A DNA stretch of 32,399 nucleotides from Fonticula-like sp. SCN 57-25. Lineage: Eukaryota. The translations under genes and the position numbers were made by a program. The notes under the pieces were generated by a model. That model was not told the origin of the DNA and ran no database searches. It saw only the letters and a program-made list of their open reading frames with translations. Positions 1-9,997 of the stretch are shown one piece after another (within the stretch, counting starts at the first letter, position 1; each line of letters opens with the position of its first letter). The stretch is taken from the NCBI GenBank assembly GCA_001724245.1, contig MEDX01000042.1:1-32399 (forward strand), in the 5' to 3' direction.

Positions 1-33
1 CCACAACACTCGCGTATGATTGGCCCAAACCTC

Positions 34-74
34 GTGACGTCACTGAAATCTTGTTGAAATCTTGTGAAATCTTG
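34..74. promoter_or_regulatory. CRE-like palindrome GTGACGTCAC followed by three direct copies of TGAAATCTTG
   Basis: GTGACGTCAC at 34-43; TGAAATCTTG at 44-53, 55-64 and 65-74; an inverted CCAAT (ATTGG) lies just upstream. Located upstream of the first gene. Confidence 0.45.
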
Positions 75-508
75 CGTAATCCATTTGCGTGCACTGTTGA
101 CGCGCGTCCAAACCTCTAAAATTCTCTTTAAGTAGCACGCTGTCTAGACTGGCAATGGACCGTCCATCTTGCAGAGAGCAAAATCGTGGAATTTCGTCTC
201 TCACGGTCTCGGCCTCGTGATGACAGCGTATGTCTGACAAAGCAAATCGTCTCAAACACGCCGTTGCTCACGTGGCCATCCCACCTGCGCAAACTTTCGC
301 CGCTTTTCACTTTTGCGTCGACTTTTGCGCTTTGCCGGTCACTTTGCAGTTGTCGTTATTTGCGCGCGAGGTGCGTTTGGGCGGGATTAGGAATATAATT
401 TTTTGGGGGCTGGCGGCCTGGGGAGGGAGGCGGTGCCTGTTGGGGGCTTGCGTTGCTATGCGCGTTGTGTGTATTGTTTGTCTGACTGCGTGTGGGCATA
501 GTTTGATA

Positions 509-1860
509 ATGGCAGGTGGTCAGCGCAAGGGCTCGATTGATGCTTCGCCGACGGCCAAGCGCCGCCGCGCCGATTCGACGGCCGGCTTTGAGGATGGCAG
601 CGCCGTGTCTGGCGGCGACATGGACATGCATGTGGATCTCCACCACCCCGCCATGGACGATGATCTGACTCAGCTCGGCGTCCCGCAGTCGGTTGGCGGC
701 ACCAAGCTGTTTGCGCCCTCGCTCCACAGCGACACCTCGAGCGACATCCTCGCGTCCGTCGGCGGCGGCGTTGACGGCGACACCTTTTCCTCGCTTCCGT
801 ACGCGGGCGCTGCGATCCCGACGCCGACCAAGCCGAGCGGCAAGCGCAAGCGCGATGGCTCTGATGGCGAGATGAGCGACGACGATGACGGCACCGGCAT
901 CAGCGAGCCTGTTGTCCTGCTCGAGGTTGCCCAGCGGGCGGTCAAGGTCGGCGGCGATCAGGGCCTCCTTCTTCTCCAAGAGTCGTCCTTTATGGCTCCG
1001 GTCAAGGGCAAGCGCAAGAAGAACATGCTCCAGCGCTCTGCGCAGTACTCTACCCTTGCCAGCCGCAAGTGCCGCGGCGAGGCCAAGAACGCGCTCCTCT
1101 TTTGCGAGCGCATCTTCAAGGACGACGACGCCATTGCCAGCCACCTCACGCAGCTGAGCCCCAAGCAGCGCGCCGCCGCTTCGCGCCTCATCTTTTCGAT
1201 CCTCGTGCGCGCGAGCATCGTCGAGTCCAAGGGCGACTTTCAGCGTGACCTCTTTGCCGAGGCCGACAACAACGGCTGGGTCGACCAGCTCGGCCAGATC
1301 AAGGACTGCAAGCTGCCCACCGTCGCCGGCATGGAGTGGAGCTGGAAGACAAAGGAGCTCCTCGAGTTTGCCCGCGGGTGCCTCGACCCGCGCTTCCACG
1401 ACCAGCACAGCTCGCACCGCAAGTTCAAGTTCTTCCCGCACCTCAACTTTAAGGACGCCGTGCCGGCCATCCGCGCCGCCACGCGCCTCGCTATCGTCAA
1501 GGTCCTCGGCGTCGGGCAGACAAGCGCCGCCGCCAGCGCCGCTAGCGCTGCGTCGACGTCGCCCACCCCCTCGGCCGCGACAGTGTCCGCTGCGGCCGTC
1601 TCGGCGCCCGCGGCCGCCGCTCCCGCTGGCGCTGCTGCGCCCGCTGCCGACGGTTCGGCCCCGCGCAAGCAGCCCGTCTCCGCCCAGGACGACGCCAACG
1701 TCGCAATGGTACGCGCACGCATTACAAATATTTTCGCCCGGCTAACACACTTTAGACGCTGACCGCGCTCGCGACGAACAAGTGGGCCTCGGGTACTGCG
1801 CCTGGCACGGCGGCTCCGGCGGCGCCCGCCGTCAACGCCGCCGCGCCGACGTCGGCGTAG
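509..1860 (+). CDS. Hypothetical protein (~434 aa) with basic NLS-like patches, a globular middle region and an Ala/Pro-rich tail; 2 coding exons
   Basis: ATG at 509 with GC3-rich codon usage. Intron 1709-1755 (GTACGC...CTAAC...TTTAG) joins to an exon ending TAG at 1858-1860; spliced length 1305 nt is in frame. Probable 5'UTR intron 371-501 (GTGCGT...CTGAC...ATAG). KRRR, KRKR and KRKK motifs; no family recognised. Confidence 0.8.
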
Positions 1861-2157
1861 GTCAATCACGAAAGGGGGCGATGAATGTGTTTGCTGCTTT
1901 TCTTTCGGCAGGTTTGTGTCATCATGATGTTTAGTTTGCTGTCTGCTTTTGTGGGTTTCCTTTTGTGTGTTGAGTTTGTACAGAGGCGGGTAAAAGTCGA
2001 TAGACTTGCGCGAGAGAATCAAATATTTTTTTGGAAAAACCTTGTTGCTACGCGAAACACGACACAAATCTACAAAGCATATAGGAACATCACTGTAATA
2101 TCGCGCAAACTAGCGCGAAACATGAAAGCACATGCATAGTCTGGGCATGCGCGCGAC

Positions 2158-2841
2158 TCACTTCCACAGCTTCATGCTTGTGCGGCGGTAGTCGGCGAGC
2201 GTCATCGTGGATGTGTTGCAGCACTCGAGCTCAAAGCCCATGAGCTGAGCAAAAAACCCAACGTTTGGCCGGGTGCTCTGCCGCTGCCGCTTGACGTGGT
2301 TGAACGCGTCGCGGAGCGTAAAGTTACGCTGGTGAACAAGGTAGCCGATGCACAGCGTGGCGGCGCGGCTGATCCCGCGCGGCGACTTGATCAGCACAGC
2401 GCCCATCTTTGAGGAGCGATAGCGGTCTATCACGAGCAACATTAGCAAAGCTACATCCAATTATGTGCGTTTAAGCGTACTGATAAAGTCAAAGGCCGCA
2501 CGAAAGTGGCGCTTGATGTCGGCGTCGGCGTCGTCCGACACGATAAAGTTCTCGATGACAATGTTGGCGGGGTCGACGGAGGCCTGCTCCTCTTCGCTCA
2601 CATTAATAATGGCCACGATATTGTGGCTTCGCAGCAAGGCAAGGTCGGCGTCGTCCCAGTCGGCGCCGATGTAGAGCCCCTCGAGGATGCGCGTCGGTCG
2701 CGACGGCTCAATGTGATCATCGGCCGCCGTGGCGATCGGCGCCGATACCGCGCGCGCGTCGACGCGCGCCTTCTTGGCGGGCCGCTGAACGGCGTCGCCG
2801 CTTCCTCCGGCCATTTCCGGAGTGCCGAGCGCAGAGGACAT
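2158..2841 (-). CDS. Atypical dual-specificity phosphatase family protein (~209 aa), probable pseudophosphatase; 2 exons
   Basis: PTRILEGLYIG, IVAIINVS, IVSDDADADIKRHF..AFDFI and AFNHVKRQRQSTRPNVGFFAQL are DUSP hallmarks. Intron 2427-2480 (GTACGC...CTAAT...ATAG). The P-loop reads VLIKSPRGISRA instead of VHCxxGxSRS. Confidence 0.9.
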
Positions 2842-3185
2842 GCTTGTCAGGTAGGGGACCTGCGGGAGTGGGAGGAGATAGGGGACACGTCCGCGGGGAA
2901 ATCAAAACTGTAGTGATCGTTGGCAGCGACTACTCCGCCATACGTCGTCTGGCGTCGTAAGAGCGCAAAGGGGAAATCAAGGAGAAGAAAAGGAGCGCGC
3001 CGGTTTAATTCCGCGCGCAAGCGTAACGCCAAGCCCTGCCAAGGTTGAGCTGCCGCACGCTCAAAGCCCGCCAAAGGATGACGAACCAAAATTCAGGGCA
3101 GATAGGACTTGTCAACAGGCCTGTGGCAGGGCTGTGCTCCAAAGTTCGTCATCCGGAGGCCGTAAGCAAAGGAGAGGCGGTTACG

Positions 3186-4524
3186 ATGCCGGAGGCGACG
3201 CTTGTCTGGTGCGCGGGGAAACGGGAAGCGGGGCAGTGCTGGCGGGGTTACTGACATGCGTGGTGGCGTGCAGTATTGATAACTCGGAATGGATGCGGAA
3301 CGGCGACTATGCGCCGGGCCGCATGACGGTTCAGCTTGATGCGGCCAACGTCCTCACGATGGCCAAGCTCGAGTCGCATGCGGAGAACTCTGTTGCGCTC
3401 ATGACATACGCCGGCCGCAGGTTTGCCTCTTATTAAGCCTCCTTTTTGGTTTTTTTATTGACATGTTCCTCGTCTTTTCTTTTTCCCACTTTTCCTCGAC
3501 GGTGTCCGCCTTGTTTAGCCCGCAGGTGCATGTGACCCTGACCTCTGATCGCACGCGCATCATGACGGCGCTTTCCAAGTTACAGCTTTCCGGCCAGACC
3601 GACGTATTGTCCGGACTCCAGGTGGCGCTTCTTGCGCTCAAGCATCGCCAGAACAAGAATCAGCGCCAGCGTGTTGTTGTCTTTGTCGGCAGCCCGATCG
3701 AGACGGAGACGGCGCCGCTGGTGCAGCTCGGCAAGAAGCTCAAGAAGAACAATATTTCGGTCGATATTATCAGCTTTGGCGAGGAGGCGATGAATAAAGA
3801 AAAGTTGGAGGCGTTCATCGCCGCGGTCAATAGCGGTGACTCGAGGTACATTCTTTGGTTTCTTTAGTTTCTGTGACTGACCCTTGTGGCGCCTCAGCCA
3901 TCTCTTGAGCGTCCCCGCCGGCCCGCACCTCCTCTCTGACGTGCTGTTGAGCTCGCCGATTCTCGCGGACGAGCCCGGCCACCACATGGCGAGCCTCGCT
4001 TCGCGCGCGCAGGGCGGCGACGGTGACATTGACCCCAACCTCGACCCCGAGCTCGCGCTCGCGCTCCGCCTCTCGCTCGAGGAGGAGCGCTCGCGCGTCG
4101 CTGCCGCCGCCGCCGCTTCAGGCGATGCGCCGCCGGCCGCCAGCAGCAGCACCAACGCATTCGCCGGCTTTGTACGCCTCTCCCGCCTGCTTTTTCGACC
4201 TCATCTAACCAATTAACTGCGCAGGAATCGATGGACGAGGACGAGCGCATGCTGGCGCAGGCGCTCGCCATGTCGATGGGCGACGTTGGCGGCGCGAGCG
4301 GGACGTCAGACGCGCCCGCCGCGAACGACGGCGCGATGGACGTGGACATGGACGACGAGGAGCAGGAGCTCCAGCGCGCGCTGGCCATGTCGATGGGCGG
4401 CGGCGATCAGAACATTGGCGACCTCCTATCGTCGCTCCCGGGCGTCGACGCCGACTCGCCAGAGGTTCAGGAGGCGTTGAAAAAGCTCAACGAGGGCAAG
4501 AAGAAGGACGGCAAACCCGAGTGA
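3186..4524 (+). CDS. RPN10: 26S proteasome ubiquitin receptor Rpn10/PSMD4 (~356 aa); 5 exons
   Basis: vWA domain (CIDNSEWMRNGDY; LALKHRQNKNQRQRVVVFVGSP; GKKLKKNNISVDIISFGE), three UIMs (LALALRLSL, LAQALAMSM, LQRALAMSM) and C-terminal LPGVD. Introns 3209-3273, 3421-3518, 3846-3897 and 4172-4224 give an in-frame 1071-nt CDS. Confidence 0.97.
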
Positions 4525-5217
4525 TACCGAGACAGGCTGTAATCGTGCGCATTGTTAACCGTACATTGTACAAAGAAGAATAAAGAACAGTGTTCTGCAT
4601 GTGACTGAGAATGCCTATACGAACGCATTGGCTGTGCACCGTCCGATTTCCATCGTTTTATGAGCCCCTTCAGGGGCCCGTGCGAGCGTGCGGACAGTGA
4701 GATGGCAATAGAAGTGAGCGGCTGGCCCCGACCAAAAATTTCCGAGATCGTGGTCCACCCCGGATTCGAGGGCTGGAATTACCGGGAATGCACATACGTG
4801 GGGGCCCACCTTGGTCACCCCCGAAACAGGCCGATCACCCTGAATGATCAGAGGTGGGCGCATTTTTCTCCCCCCGGGGTGCATTGTGTGTCCGCCATTC
4901 GCATAGCGGAAGGGCGAGGCGCGGCTTGTCGACGTTTGTCATCGGTAGCGCCCGGCGCTTGCTTCCGCGGCGTCGCGTTCCCTTTGTATTACATTCGTGT
5001 GTCTGCTGTCTGCTGAGTGAGGTTGGCCAGCTGCGCACACTGCGTTTGAGAGGGCAGCTGGCAGTGTGATCAACTTTGGTGGTCGGCTTTTTTTGCTTTC
5101 GCAGCCCACCTTTTGTTGAGCGCATCACTGCCGGGTGGCTTTTAACAGCCCGGCGTTGCCTTTCCTTGCTTTTCTTGCATTTCCGCGTCGGTTTTTTTTC
5201 ATACCAGTGTATTGATT

Positions 5218-8193
5218 ATGGAGGATCTTGAGCAGCTCAAGTTCCGGGTGGTCCGCTCGGACTCGCCCGACGGAGACTATGCCAATCTTGTCGTCCCGGC
5301 GCTTGCCGAGTTTGACGAGGTGAAGATCAAGGCGTTTTTGGCGGCGTACCCTGGCAATGGCCAGCCGCCGTGGGAGTTTCGGCTGCTCCAGGAAGACGGC
5401 TCGGAGATTTCCGATATGAGCGTACTCGGCATTCTCTCCGGGTCGCGCATTGTCGCGGATCCGGGGCCCAACTTTCACGATTCGAACAAGAAGGGCAAGC
5501 CGAAGGATCTCGGCAGGAGTAACAGCACAAAGCAGCGCACACTCTTTGGATCGCTGCGCGGAAAGCCGAGCTCGTCCGTAAAGTCGAGCTCGAGCACGTT
5601 GTCGGCGAGCACATTTAGCCTCAGTGCCAAGGGTACGCGCGAATCCTCTTTGATTTGTGGCCATCGCTCATCGCTTGGCATAGATGTTGCGCCGCCCGTG
5701 TCGGACACGCTTTACCCCCACAAGATCTTTTACAAAAACTATCTTCGGAAGAAGAATGAGATTCTCGAGGGCAACAAGCCTGCCACGATGCGCCAGTGGA
5801 TCCGCTACTGGGTTGTGCTCCGCGGCCGCACGCTTCTCTTTTACAAGGACCGCAAGCACTACACTGGCGAGAAGAAGCCCGTCGGCGCGATCGACATTCT
5901 TAACGCTGACATTTCGCCCGTCTTTGATCACCCCAAGCGCCACTGCTTGCTCCGCGTGCGCGTCGCCCGCGGCGCGCGTTACCTGCTAGAGGCCGAGTGC
6001 GACGACGAGTTCCACGAGTGGCACGAGGCGCTGCAGGTCGCCGTGCGCGGCGGCGTCGGCCTCGACCCGTCCATCGGCAACTCCAAGCTGACGCTGATCC
6101 GCCCCCTGCGGCCCATCAACGACGAAGACAATGGCAGCACGTACACCAACGACCTCTACGAGGGCGACGAACTGCCCGGCGACGACGATTCAATGCACAT
6201 GGGGACGATCAGCGGAAGCGGCACAGTCGGCAGGAATTCGCCGCTCTCTGCCGTGTTCACTCAACCGTCCCCGCCGCCGCCGCCGCCAAGGTCGCCCGTG
6301 GCAAGTGCCCCGCCGCCACCGCCGCTCTCGCCGGCCAAGAGTGGTGCGCCGCCGCCGCCCCCGCCGCCGGTTGCTGCTGGTGGGCCACCACCGCCGCCGC
6401 CGCCCCCGATGGGTGCTGGCGGGCCACCACCGCCTCCACCGCCTCCGATGGGTGCTGGCGGGCCACCACCGCCTCCGCCGCCTCCGGGTAGCGGACCCCC
6501 GCCGCCTCCGGTGGCAGTGAGCCCCATTGCGGCCGGCGCGTCGGCGTCGTCGCTGAATGAGCCGCCGAGCCCGTCAGGGTCGCGCAGCTCGCTCAAGAAC
6601 GGCACGCTGACAAAGAGCGAAAAGAAGGAGCGCGACCGCCTAGAAAAGGAGCGCAAGGAGAAGGAGAAGGAGGAGGAGAAGGAGCGCAAGGAGCGTGAGA
6701 AGCGCGAGGAAAAGGAGCGCAAGGAGCGCGAGAAGGAAGAGGAGAAGGAGCGCAAGGAAAAGGAAAAGGAGGACGAAAAGGCGCGCAAGGAGGAGGAGAA
6801 GGAGCGCAAGGAGAAGGAGAAGGCTGACGAAAAGGCACGCAAGGAGCGCGAGAAGGAGGAGAGGAAGACGCTCTCGCGCACCAAGGGCGCCGCCGCCGTC
6901 GCCGCCGTCGCTGCTTCAACGCCCGCACCGCCTCCGCCACCAGGTGCAGGCCCGCCGCCGCCCCCGCCGCCACCTGGTGGGGGTCCACCGGCGCCCCCGC
7001 CGCCACCGAGTGCAGGTGGTCCGCCGCCACCACCCCCGCCGCCGGGACCAGGAGGGCCACCGCCGCCTCCCCCTCCGAGCGCTGGCGGACCTCCGCCTCC
7101 GCCGGCTGCCGCACCACCGCCGCCGCCCCCGGCCGCCGCTCCACCGCCACCACCACCGGCTGCTGCTCCCCCGCCGCCACCTCCGGGTGGTGCGCCCCCG
7201 CCTCCCCCGCCCGTCGCTGCAGCTGGTCCGCCGCCTCCTCCACCCGCCGCTGCTGGTGGTCCGCCGCCTCCCCCCGCTGCTGCAGGTGGCCCGCCGCCAC
7301 CTCCGCCGCCGCCGACGGACGACGACGGCGCGGGCGCCGGAAGCGACCTGGCCGCTCAGATCGCGGCCGCCAAGAAGAAGCGCGAGGCTGCTGCTGCCGC
7401 CAAGGCCGCCGCCGGCGAGCCGATGTCGGCGGACGGCGGCCCGCCGCCCGCTGCACCCAAGCCCGCTCTGGGCGGCGCTGGCGGCGGGGACGGCCGTGGC
7501 GACCTGCTCGCGCAGATCCAGGGCTTTGGTAGGAAGGGTCTCAAGAAGGTGAATCGCGACGACGGGCCCGGTGCTGGCTCGTCCAGCCCTGCGCCGGAGC
7601 CGCCGTCGGGCGCTTCCATTGCCGAGGCCGCTGCCGCCCGCGCCGCTCGCATGGCCGCGAGCCGAGGCGCCGAGACACCAAGCCCGGCGCCCTCGCACGG
7701 CGCTCCGCCGCCGGCGCCCCCCTCGGCGCCTTCATGGAAAAAGTCGACGACGCCGCAGAGCTTTGCGCCTCCCGCTCCCGCCAACTTTGCTCCGGCGCAG
7801 CAGCACGCTGCGCCGCCGCCGCAGATGCCGATGCCCGGCCAGTTCCCGCCGCCGCAGCAGCAGCCGGGCTACGACCCGTACTATGCTGCGTACATGTACC
7901 AGATGCAGCAGCAGGCTGCCGCCGCGGCCATGTACGGGCGGCCACCGATGCCGATGCCGCCGATGGGCGGGTTCTACGACCCGTACCAGGCGGCCATGTA
8001 CGGCCAGGCCGGCGGTCTTCCGCCGCCGCCGATGGGCGGCATGATGCCGATGCCGCCGGGCACCGCCATGCCTCCGCCGCCGTCGGCGCAGGCGCCGGTG
8101 AGCAAGCCGACGCCGCCCAACCCGAACCGCTTCCTTCCGGCGTCGACCAATTCTCCGGTCACTGACTTTAGGTCCGTCCTGCGCAAGACGTAA
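5218..8193 (+). CDS. PH-domain, polyproline-rich, WH2-containing putative actin regulator (~974 aa)
   Basis: Spectrin-type PH domain (YLRKKNE..NKPATMRQWIRYWVVLRGRTLLFYKD..YLLEAECDDEFHEW), many GPPPPP runs, an E/K/R-rich helix, WH2 motif GRGDLLAQIQGFGRKGLKKV and C-terminal DFRSVLRKT. Probable in-frame intron 5633-5683. An upstream exon is possible (acceptor-like CCAG at 5204-5207). Confidence 0.88.
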   Translation: MEDLEQLKFRVVRSDSPDGDYANLVVPALAEFDEVKIKAFLAAYPGNGQPPWEFRLLQEDGSEISDMSVLGILSGSRIVADPGPNFHDSNKKGKPKDLGRSNSTKQRTLFGSLRGKPSSSVKSSSSTLSASTFSLSAKGTRESSLICGHRSSLGIDVAPPVSDTLYPHKIFYKNYLRKKNEILEGNKPATMRQWIRYWVVLRGRTLLFYKDRKHYTGEKKPVGAIDILNADISPVFDHPKRHCLLRVRVARGARYLLEAECDDEFHEWHEALQVAVRGGVGLDPSIGNSKLTLIRPLRPINDEDNGSTYTNDLYEGDELPGDDDSMHMGTISGSGTVGRNSPLSAVFTQPSPPPPPPRSPVASAPPPPPLSPAKSGAPPPPPPPVAAGGPPPPPPPPMGAGGPPPPPPPPMGAGGPPPPPPPPGSGPPPPPVAVSPIAAGASASSLNEPPSPSGSRSSLKNGTLTKSEKKERDRLEKERKEKEKEEEKERKEREKREEKERKEREKEEEKERKEKEKEDEKARKEEEKERKEKEKADEKARKEREKEERKTLSRTKGAAAVAAVAASTPAPPPPPGAGPPPPPPPPGGGPPAPPPPPSAGGPPPPPPPPGPGGPPPPPPPSAGGPPPPPAAAPPPPPPAAAPPPPPPAAAPPPPPPGGAPPPPPPVAAAGPPPPPPAAAGGPPPPPAAAGGPPPPPPPPTDDDGAGAGSDLAAQIAAAKKKREAAAAAKAAAGEPMSADGGPPPAAPKPALGGAGGGDGRGDLLAQIQGFGRKGLKKVNRDDGPGAGSSSPAPEPPSGASIAEAAAARAARMAASRGAETPSPAPSHGAPPPAPPSAPSWKKSTTPQSFAPPAPANFAPAQQHAAPPPQMPMPGQFPPPQQQPGYDPYYAAYMYQMQQQAAAAAMYGRPPMPMPPMGGFYDPYQAAMYGQAGGLPPPPMGGMMPMPPGTAMPPPPSAQAPVSKPTPPNPNRFLPASTNSPVTDFRSVLRKT

Positions 8194-8236
8194 GCACCAT
8201 TTTTGTCTGCCATCGACGAGGCGGGTTTTTGATTGA

Positions 8237-8292
8237 ATGATGATGATGATGATGATGTAGGTTGTGTGTGCGCGCGCGAGTGCGCGTGTGTA
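8237..8292. repeat. (ATG)7 microsatellite followed by a near-alternating purine/pyrimidine tract
   Basis: ATG x7 at 8237-8257; TGTGTGTGCGCGCGCGAGTGCGCGTGTGTA at 8263-8292; located in the 3' flank of the PH gene. Confidence 0.8.
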
Positions 8293-8816
8293 TCTTAGTC
8301 GTCCTGGATATTGCGCTGAGCGCCCAGGTGGACCTACTATTACTTTCTCTATGTCTATTGCATCGATTGTTGGTGACCTTTTTTTTGTTCATTATGTTCG
8401 CGCCGTGTTATCACACGTTGTACCGTTATCACTCTTATATCCCCCACACGAGAACAATACTATTCAAGTAAATGATATTATCTTTGATAGTTTGGTACAT
8501 TTCACACGAGAAATTTCCCACACTCTGCCCACCCTTGCCAAACTGAGCCTAAACAACGGAGAATGTCAAATTTGCAAATCTGTGGTTGACCAATCGGTTC
8601 CCTTTCTTTTTGCGTCATCTGTTTGGCTGGCCAAAGCGCGCGCGCCGCCGGAGTGTCGATCTGGGGCTGGAACGTGGCGTAGCAGAGCTGCCGCTTGCTT
8701 GTTAACGCTGCTTGAAGCCGCTTTTTGCGTCTGTGTTTTGCTCGTTTCATCCTGCGTCAGCGAAATTAATACCTTTTCTTTGTTGATCGGCTGCTGTGCT
8801 GCCATTTTCCGCGGGA

Positions 8817-9881
8817 ATGTTTCGTGCGGGGATGTCGTGGCCGGCGCTGGTGCTGTGCTCGGTACTACTCGTCCTGCTGCAGAGTCACCACGCGAGCGGC
8901 GTTGTGATTGAGCTTTCGTCGAATACGACGTATCTTTCGAGGTCGGCTGCGTTTGGTCCGCTCCTGGAGCTCGAAGTTGGCCGGCGGGGCCCGCTGGTGC
9001 CGATGGCCTACTACGAGCCGGACAATGTCGACGCGTGCCGCCCGATGGCCGTGCCGTGCCCAAACATTACCGACTGGGTTGCGCTTGTTATGCGCGGCGG
9101 CGAAGAGTGCTACTTTATTGACAAGGTGCGGCACATGATGGAGTGCGGCGCGTACGCGGTGATTGTCGGCAACAATCAGCCGGGCCTCATCATCATGAAT
9201 GCCAACGAGAATGACGATGATGTGACGATCCCCGCCGTTTTGATCGAGCAGACGTCGTACTTTGACCTTTTCAGCCGCATTTCCCCCGAGTCGCCTTACA
9301 CGACCGAGGTCCTTCTCCTTCGCGAAGAGTACACCGTCTGGCCGATGCTCGACGTTGTCCTCGTCGTCCTCGTCACCCCGCTCGTGCTGTTCATCTTTTT
9401 CTACTCTGTCTGGCGCGTACGGCGACGCATGCTCATGCAGCGCGAAGTGGCGCCGCCGGCGGTCGTCATCACGCTGCCGCGCAAGACGTTCAGCAAGAGC
9501 GAGTACGTCGAGGGCGACCCCGACACGTGCGCCATCTGCCTCGAGGACTTTGAGGACGGCGCTGACCTCCGCCAACTGCCCTGCAAGCACGAATTCCACG
9601 TCCTCTGCATTGACCCGTGGCTCACGACAAGGAAACGCTTCTGCCCGCTCTGCAAGGCCGACGCGCTCACGCCGGTCGCCTCTGCGACGCAGCCTGAGGG
9701 AGAGCCGCTCTTGCACGACGCCGACGTCGAGGCCGCCGCGGGCAGCGCCTCTTTGAGAGCGGCGCCGACGGCCGACGAGTCGCCGCTGCTAAGTGAGGTT
9801 GTCGTTGACAGCGACGATGGGAGCGATGGGGAGAGCGAGACGGCAGCGGCAGCGCAGAGCGGCAACGCACCGGTATTATAG
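8817..9881 (+). CDS. PA-TM-RING-H2 E3 ubiquitin ligase (RNF13/RNF167/RMR-like), intronless (~354 aa)
   Basis: Signal peptide; PA domain (AAFGP, ACRP, VALVMRGG..CYFIDKV, AVIVGN, IPAVLI); one TM segment; RING-H2 CAICLEDFEDGADLRQLPCKHEFHVLCIDPWLTTRKRFCPLCK. Start is 8817 or 8832. Confidence 0.93.
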   Translation: MFRAGMSWPALVLCSVLLVLLQSHHASGVVIELSSNTTYLSRSAAFGPLLELEVGRRGPLVPMAYYEPDNVDACRPMAVPCPNITDWVALVMRGGEECYFIDKVRHMMECGAYAVIVGNNQPGLIIMNANENDDDVTIPAVLIEQTSYFDLFSRISPESPYTTEVLLLREEYTVWPMLDVVLVVLVTPLVLFIFFYSVWRVRRRMLMQREVAPPAVVITLPRKTFSKSEYVEGDPDTCAICLEDFEDGADLRQLPCKHEFHVLCIDPWLTTRKRFCPLCKADALTPVASATQPEGEPLLHDADVEAAAGSASLRAAPTADESPLLSEVVVDSDDGSDGESETAAAAQSGNAPVL

Positions 9882-9997
9882 GACACGCTCAACGCGACAC
9901 ATTCGACACATGTATTGTACATATTTAGGACCGTTTTTGCCTTGCCTATCACTTTATTATAATATTACGCATTGAAGATAAAACGTGGGAATTATGG

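Noticed and set aside
230-508. 93-aa N-terminal extension of the first ORF
   Set aside because: It contains a typical intron (371-501: GTGCGT donor, CTGAC branch, TAG acceptor) whose removal puts ATG 230 out of frame; ATG 509 is the more likely start.
4804-4859. Hammerhead ribozyme or RNase MRP
   Set aside because: GAAAC and CTGAATGA are present but do not fit the CUGANGA core and stem order; the MRP P4 5' strand (GAAAGTCCCC-like) is missing.
6265-7315. Formin (FH1-FH2) or WASP call for the proline-rich gene
   Set aside because: No FH2 domain, no WH1/CRIB and no terminal acidic-Trp motif.
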